In this document: positions 54,165-64,000 of the stretch, one piece after another
How positions within the stretch are numbered: the first letter of the stretch is position 1
How the letters are laid out: each line of letters opens with the position of its first letter
Assembly (NCBI RefSeq): GCF_009914755.1
Contig: NC_060926.1
DNA length: 64,000 bases
Strand: one strand, 5' to 3'
From: the human T2T-CHM13v2.0 reference genome, Homo sapiens
Notes under the pieces: generated by a model
What the model saw: only the letters and a program-made list of their open reading frames with translations
Database searches by the model: none
Told to the model about the DNA's origin: nothing
Program-made: the position numbers and the translations under genes

Positions 54165-54362
54165 TCTCTCTCTCTGGGTGGGTTTGTGTGTGTGTGTATA
54201 TGTGTGTGTGTCTCCAACTCTGTCTGTCTCCCTGTATCTCTCTGTCTGTCTCTATGTCTCTATTTCCCTCTGTCTCTCTGTCCTCGTCTGTCTGTCTCTG
54301 TCTATGTCTCTATCTTCCTCTGTCTCTCTTGGTGTCTCGCTCTGTCTCTTTGTCCCTCTCTC
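54165..54362. repeat. Low-complexity (TG)n/(TCTG)n tract
   Basis: Direct reading. Confidence 0.85.
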
Positions 54363-54474
54363 CTCGGCCCCTCCCATGCTGCAGCTCCTATCTGCACACT
54401 GGCTCCTGTCTTCAGTTGCCCCATTCTTCAACTGGCCAGGGTGTCCTGCCTACCCATTCCCCCTCAGAGCCTAA

Positions 54475-54848
<374 letters not shown>

Positions 54849-55149
54849 TGAATTTCAAATTCTTAGAGAGAGGAATTACCTGACTTGGCTCAGGGCAGGG
54901 GTTTCACGAATCAGGTGGGACTGCATGGAGCCACGTGGAGCCACACCTTATGGGATATTCTGAAGGAGACAGTGATGTGTCTAGGGTGCAGCTGCTCCCA
55001 CCTGGTCCTCCCACTTCTTCCCATGGATCCAGTTCTAAAGGTGCCCTCACCTGCATGATCCCACCACCCCCATCCCATCACAAAGGGGCTTCTGCCATCT
55101 CCTAAGAGTGGTTCCCCTGCCTTCCCACTCTGCTAGATTAGCACAGCCT

Positions 55150-55340
55150 CTGTTCCCGTACTCTGCTTTAGTTTTCCTCACAGCATCCTTGATGTGAAAT
55201 TTCATATTTGCTAATCTTTTATCGGCCTCCCCAACCAGAACCTAAGATCCCCCTGGGCAGGGACTTTGTCCTCTTCACTGCCCCAGCCCTAGCTCCTACA
55301 ATCGTGCCTGAGGCTCAGTGAGTATTTGGTGAATGACTGA
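55150..55340 (+). mobile_element. L2 3' fragment
   Basis: gggcagggactttgtc.tcttcactg...gctcagtgagtatttggtgaatgactgaa. Confidence 0.75.
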
Positions 55341-55519
55341 AATAGACTCACATCCTCCCCAGTGGGAGGCCGCCAAAGTCTCCAGGACCACTTCGAAAAC
55401 AGGGACCACAGGGCTGGGGTGGTGGCCAGTCAGTCCTCTGCCCCCGTCTGTCTCCCCAAACCCCAGTCCTCCTCTTCCAGCTCTGGCCGCCTCCCCAGGG
55501 GGAAAGGTGGGGAAAATTG

Positions 55520-56350
55520 TCTCATCGTCTCTTTATTTCTCCAGATGAGCTTCAGAATTATTTGGGCTCGTTTCCCAAAAAGTTCCATTAAAATTTTGGT
55601 GGACATCACATTAAATGTATACATCCATTTAAAAAGAAAAGACATTGTTACAACATGGAGGCTTCTCACCATGAGCACACTTCTCTTGTCTTCCTTTAAA
55701 ACCCTCAGTAAAATTCTGTAGTTTTCAGAGTTTCTGCATATTTATTGTTAAGCTTATTTCTAGGGTGTTTGATTTTTACAGTTGCTATTGTGTGTGTGTG
55801 GGGGGGGTGGTCTTTCCCCTCCTCTTTTATTTTCTAATTGTTGGTATAGAGGAAAGGAAGTGATTTGTGAATGTTTCTTTTTTATCCATTCACTTTATCT
55901 AATTTCACTCTTAATAAAATTCTAGGAATTTTTCATTTGGTTATCGGGGCTATAAGACTGCATTATCGACAAATGATAATTTTACCTCTTTCCTTTTTCT
56001 TCCTCTAGTTGTATGTCTTTTTCAGCTGTTTCTTATTGCATTCAGCAAAGCGGATCTTTTCTTAAATAAACCTTTCATTAGGGAAGACATTCAGGACTCC
56101 GCAGAATATTTAAGGAACAAAACCATGAAAGTGACACATCTCGACTCCTGGGATGCTGCCAATGCAGTACTTAGAGGAGATTTATGGCTCCCAGTGCTTA
56201 TATTAGAGAGGGAGAAACGAGAAACAATAAATCAAGCTGATACCTAATGAACTTTGTTCCCTTTAAGCTATGAACCAAGAAAATGGAGAAAAAGGAAGTA
56301 ATAAATCTAAACAAAATGTAGGAAGAAGAGAGAATTGATAAACTTAATCA
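55520..56350. mobile_element. Old L1M fragments (minus, then plus)
   Basis: cattaaatgtatacatccattt..aagaaaagacatt.ttacaa and gcagtacttagaggagatttat.gc ORF2-like motifs. Confidence 0.55.
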
Positions 56351-58059
56351 GTAGCACATGGGAGGAAATGGCTCTTCTGCAGAGCGGGCCAGAGTGGGAC
56401 GGCATGGAGAAGTGGGAACAGGTCCTTCCAGGCAGCCTGGCTCTTCCTTCTCATCATGTACTGGGAGGTGGGTGGGTTTGAGGCAGGAGGCTCTGCTGAC
56501 CCCATGGCCACCCACTGGCCATGGACTTCTGATGGGAGTTTTTGCTGGAACCAGTACTCTGGAAATACTTGGCTGGGGTAGAGAACGCTCAAAATCAGGA
56601 ATGCATCCCCAGCAGATGCGGCCTCCAGGGAGAAAGAGGTGCTAAGCCGGGGTGAGCAGTGAGTGTGCCCCATAGGCGTCTCACACCATACTTTGTAAAT
56701 CCATCTGGTCTCATGCTTCTTAGAGGGTCCTTGTTTCCCTCTATCTTGTCTTCCGTCAAATTTCTTTTCAGAATTCCACCCTGATGGAGAAAAAGGCAAG
56801 CTGTCGGTTTTGTTTGCCCTCAGGCCAGAGCACTTGGGGATGAGGGCGGGTGTAAGAGGGCACAGGTGGCTAGTGTGGGAAGACTGGTTATGCTGGGCCC
56901 ACAACTTCTTTTTGGGGTGGTTGTTTGGAGGATTTAAAGCTATGTTTATTTATTTATTCATTCATCTGAGATGGTCTTGAAATAGCACAATGCTGTGTTT
57001 TTTTTTTTTTTAAGGGAAAACTCCCTTAGAGTTGGTCTTTAAAAAATTCATAAGTCATTAGCCAAATTCTAAAAAGGAGCAAATGCAAATTAATACACTC
57101 TGAAAAAGGAAAGAACTAATACAAAATATGTTCTACAAGCAAAACGAGGGTATCAGCTTCTCAGCAGTCTGCTTGTATGTTTTTGTAACCAAATGGAAAT
57201 TGTTTTCTTCCCAGGGGCTCATCATCTACTCCTCTCAACTCAGTGTAATCTGCAACAATTGCTTTTAATAGAGAAGATAAAGCTCCCAGCTGCGTTTTTA
57301 AACAAACAGAAGGACAGAAGGACATCTTGGCATAGATCTGGTTTCTGGTCATAATCGCTGGATGGCCTCTTCATTTTACAAGGGAAGGGGAATCAGCTCC
57401 CATTTTCCAGGTGGGAGTTGGTGTCAAACCGGCTTAGCAGGTGCTGGCTCCCTGGTGAGCTGAGTTCTGGCACAAGCAAACTAGTCTCCTGGAAGGGAAG
57501 AATGAAGACCCCATTTGTCTCTTCCAGGTCAAGATCTTAAGTCAGGAGATTTGTGGGAGGGCTCTGGCCACGGTCTTGTGAAAGGGTTGCACCACTCCTG
57601 GCACAATGTGAGCTGAGGCTGGGAGTTGCAGGGCTCACCCACCCTGCTGGTATGGAGGTTTGGGGAGACTCTCAAGTCTGCGAAGGTGACCTAAGGAAAC
57701 TGAGGTCTGGGAACCCAAACGAGGGCTACCATTGAGGTATGAACAGCAGGGGCATCACCGCAATGGTCCACAGGTGTCCTGCAGACTGCGGGACGAGTTT
57801 TCAGCAGTGATACTGGGGGGCAGCAGCAGAGGCAAAGATGGCAGCAGAATCTACTTGCCTGGTGTGGGGAGGACTCAAGATGGATGGAGGTACTGACTTT
57901 CCTGGTAATAGGAGCTTGTAGACATGTGACTGGACATTCAGAGATGTGATTCCTTTGTATGCCAAGAAGGTGAAGCAGTTTACTGTTCTTCTCCATGCAC
58001 TTAGCAATATATGTTAATTTCCAGCATTTGGCAAAATCAAGTTAGTCTGGGCAGCTTTA

Positions 58060-58779
<720 letters not shown>

Positions 58780-58789
58780 TAAAGGGCTT

Positions 58790-59018
58790 TATTTAAGGAA
58801 ATGTTAGCTTCTGTAACAAATAAACCTCAAAATATATCCTGCTTATACATGATAGGGAGTCCAAAGTGCATACTGTGGCCAGCTGGCTGGCACTCAGCAC
58901 TGATTCTTAGACCCAGGATCCTGCCATCTTGTGGCTCTGCTATCTTCAGCATGTTGCTTCCAGGGTCACCAGGCTTGTTCACATCAAGCTGTCTGAGGGT
59001 GAAGAACATGGAGGAATG

Positions 59019-59066
<48 letters not shown>

Positions 59067-59222
59067 TTTCATGTGCTAGGAAGTGGCACGGGTTGCTTCT
59101 GCTCATGTTCTGTTGGCTGGAACTCCGTCATATGGCCACACTTAACTGCAAAGGAGGCTGGGAAATGAAGTCTTGCAATGCCTGAGAAGAAGAGGAAATT
59201 GGTTGGTGAACAGATAACGGTT
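58790..59222. mobile_element. MLT1-type MaLR LTR containing (CA)n at 59019-59062
   Basis: gttagct.ctgtaacaaataaacc..aaaatat, ttggctggaactc.gtcatatggccacac.taactgcaaaggaggctgggaaatg. Confidence 0.72.
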
Positions 59223-59227
59223 TGTGC

Positions 59228-59711
59228 CTGTAGGGAAGGAAAATACATCTTTTTTTTTTCTGCTCTTCCAGGTTCTCTGGCTGGGGCTCTGTAAATTAGA
59301 CTAATGGAAGACAGATTAATAGGCAGAAAAAAAAAGAAGTTTATTAGCATGTGTATCATGCATGCACATGGGAGCATTCAGAGATGAGTAACTCAAACGG
59401 GTAGAAGTTGGAGTCTAGATACTATATCCAACTTAGTAGGAGAAAGAGAGGGAGGGAAGGGGCATTTAGGGAAAAGCAAATGACATTTTGGAAATGTAAG
59501 TGAGCCCTTAGGAGAATAAACGTGAGATGTGATAGTTTGTGCCAGTGTCTGTTAGAGGTACTCCTGGGGAGGGGATTTATGGCAATTGAGTTCTTTTGGG
59601 AGCTTCTGCTTTTAGGCAGACAAGGGATTTCAGGAACTCAAATGACTTTGGCACAAAATAATTCTTATGCCGAAGTGGCACATTTGAGGGTGGCATTTAC
59701 TGATTCCCTCA
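59228..59711 (-). mobile_element. ERV1 LTR (MER34/MER39-like)
   Basis: tgtagggaaggaaaa start; attcttatgcc.aagtggca.attt..gggtggcat...tgattccctca end. Confidence 0.65.
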
Positions 59712-59906
59712 TGCCCCAGATATCACACTGATTATCACAAGAGACCCAGAGCGCCCTTCGCAAACGCTGGATTGGAAATGTCAAATTCAGCATGGAAATG
59801 TCACAGTCCTTGAACATGCTTGAATGAATAAGTGAAAAGCACACTTCTGTTGAAGGGGAAAGAATGTATGATTCTGATCCTTGGACCAGACTCTCTTCCT
59901 TGACAG

Positions 59907-59908
<2 letters not shown>

Positions 59909-59939
<31 letters not shown>

Positions 59940-60219
59940 AGAAGGAGTTTCGCTCTTGTCGCCTAGGCTGGAGTGCAGTGGTGTGATCTAGCTCACTGCA
60001 ACCTCAGCATCCTGGGTTGAAGCGATTCTCCTGCCTCAGCCTCCTGAGTAGTTGGGATTATAGGCACCTGCCACCACGTCTGGCTAATTTTGTATTTTTA
60101 GTAGAGACAGGGTTTCACCATGTTGGTCAAGCTGGTCTTGAACTCCTGACCTCAGGTGATCCACCTGCCTCGGCCTCCCAAAGTGCTGGGATTATAGGTG
60201 TGAGCTACCATGCCTGGCC
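59909..60219 (-). mobile_element. AluS
   Basis: Dimeric Alu with long poly-T. Confidence 0.92.
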
Positions 60220-60809
60220 TCTCTTTCTTGGCAGCCTTTCTATCTCAGTTGTTCTGAGAGTTCGTGCCAAGGAGCACAGTGACACATTCTGTAACCCTTA
60301 CCTTGGAACCATTGTTCTGGGGATTCTTCACAACCCCACAAGTGTCATCCACCTGATGACATCACATTCATGCTGCTTTGGTGTCCAAGGCATTGAAGGC
60401 CGTGCTGAGAGGGTGACATTGGTGTTTGTTACAGCTGGGGTGACTCTTTCAGGTTCATCTTATTTTCTCCTGACAAATACATGTGCCCTCTCAGCCCCTG
60501 GATCAACAAGGGTGCTTTTTGTTCATCTCAATAAGAAGTCCTTTCTTTGTTTTCTCATTTGCCACATGCTCTGCCTCATGGCTACTCCAGCGTCAGTACT
60601 GATCGGCGTCCAGTGTCTGGGCACTGTGCTGACACTCATTAGACTTTAGATCCCCCATCCTAGTAGCCACCTGCAGGGCAGGGCTCTGCAGCGGACTCTT
60701 TCGGCTCTGGTAGGGGTCTATTTGAGTGATCCATAAACCCCCAGGTCCTCTGGCTTCTGGGGCATTTTGTAAATGGCTATTTTGTGCTATTTTACTAAAG
60801 GTGTCAGAT

Positions 60810-62834
<2,025 letters not shown>

Positions 62835-63105
62835 ACTGGAAACACATCTTTATATAGCTCTCCTCCCTTCATGGGGGCTTGTGGGGAAGTGAGAAAGAAA
62901 AGCAGGGCGGCAGTGCCTCTGGAAGCTCTTTGGTGCTTCCAAAAGGTAGAAATGGGGAACCCTCTGTTCAGCAGAGCATGTTTTTGAATTTGGAGGTTGC
63001 CCAGAGAGGCCTGGAAGCCAGTGCAGGGGAGGGCCACATTGTTCAGCACACCAGGATGCTGAGTTTGAAGGGGGCATAGGGAGGACCTCAAAAATGACAG
63101 TAGGG

Positions 63106-63473
<368 letters not shown>

Positions 63474-63575
63474 CTAGGAAATTTTTAAGACTCTAAGAAT
63501 CTTTGCAGTGAAACAGCTCCATCACTACCTACTGAGACCAGGCTACTCACCAGGGCCTGGACCCTGGTCTACTCC

Positions 63576-64000
63576 TGTAAGGTACATGGATGTGCTTTGG
63601 TCAAGGAATAGGGTGAGGGGGATATCCACGCCTGCATGTCTGAGCGAGTTTGGCGCGCAGGCACACACTTCCACTTGTTACACAACCTGTTTGTTTAAGT
63701 TCATACTTGGCTCTGAGCCACTATTGTCTGTAGAAGGTATAATTGCCCTACTAATGCTGTACAGGGGCTCTTGAGGCTCAGCTTGGCTCAACATGGCTGG
63801 ACATGGCTCTTGTGCAGGTGTGCTGGCTCCCAGAGAAAGAGATAGAGAGAGAGCCAAAGCTGTCTGTCTTGCAGATGGACAAGAGGGAGCCAGGACATAG
63901 CTCGGCTTGCTCATGCCCAGAGAGAGAAAGAGTTAAGCTGCTGACCCTGAAGGCAGTGGAGAGCTGGCCGCACAGGTGTGCATGGGAGCTGCAGGACTAA
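63576..64000 (+). mobile_element. LTR18-like (ERVL) LTR running off the window
   Basis: tgtaaggtacatggatgtgctttggtcaaggaatagg...gagtttggcgcgcagg...ggctctgagccactattgtctgta.aaggtataattgccct matches the recalled LTR18A/B start. Confidence 0.7.

Overview
Primate (human or great-ape-like; AluY present) genomic DNA with no recognisable protein-coding gene. Positions 1-20486 are the right-hand part of a large tandem array (over 20 kb, running off the left edge). Its 89/90-bp monomer matches the 3' end of the hAT-Charlie MITE MER20 plus an NTCTAGAN target site. A 39-bp submonomer is interspersed. The array has nested higher-order duplications (576, 1377, 3462 and 5451 bp offsets) and an older, CpG-decayed right edge with 129-bp periodicity. 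The remaining ~43.5 kb is very Alu-rich with LTR, L1, L2, MIR and DNA-transposon relics. It includes a strong CTCF-like motif near the array, a multi-level nested TE stack, a ~1.85-kb 23-bp polypurine/polypyrimidine VNTR, a ~185-bp orphan retro-insertion, and an ~8-kb segment that splits an L1 ORF2 between 18-bp target-site-like duplications. All long ORFs in the track are repeat artefacts. TE family names come from recalled consensus sequences and boundaries are approximate.
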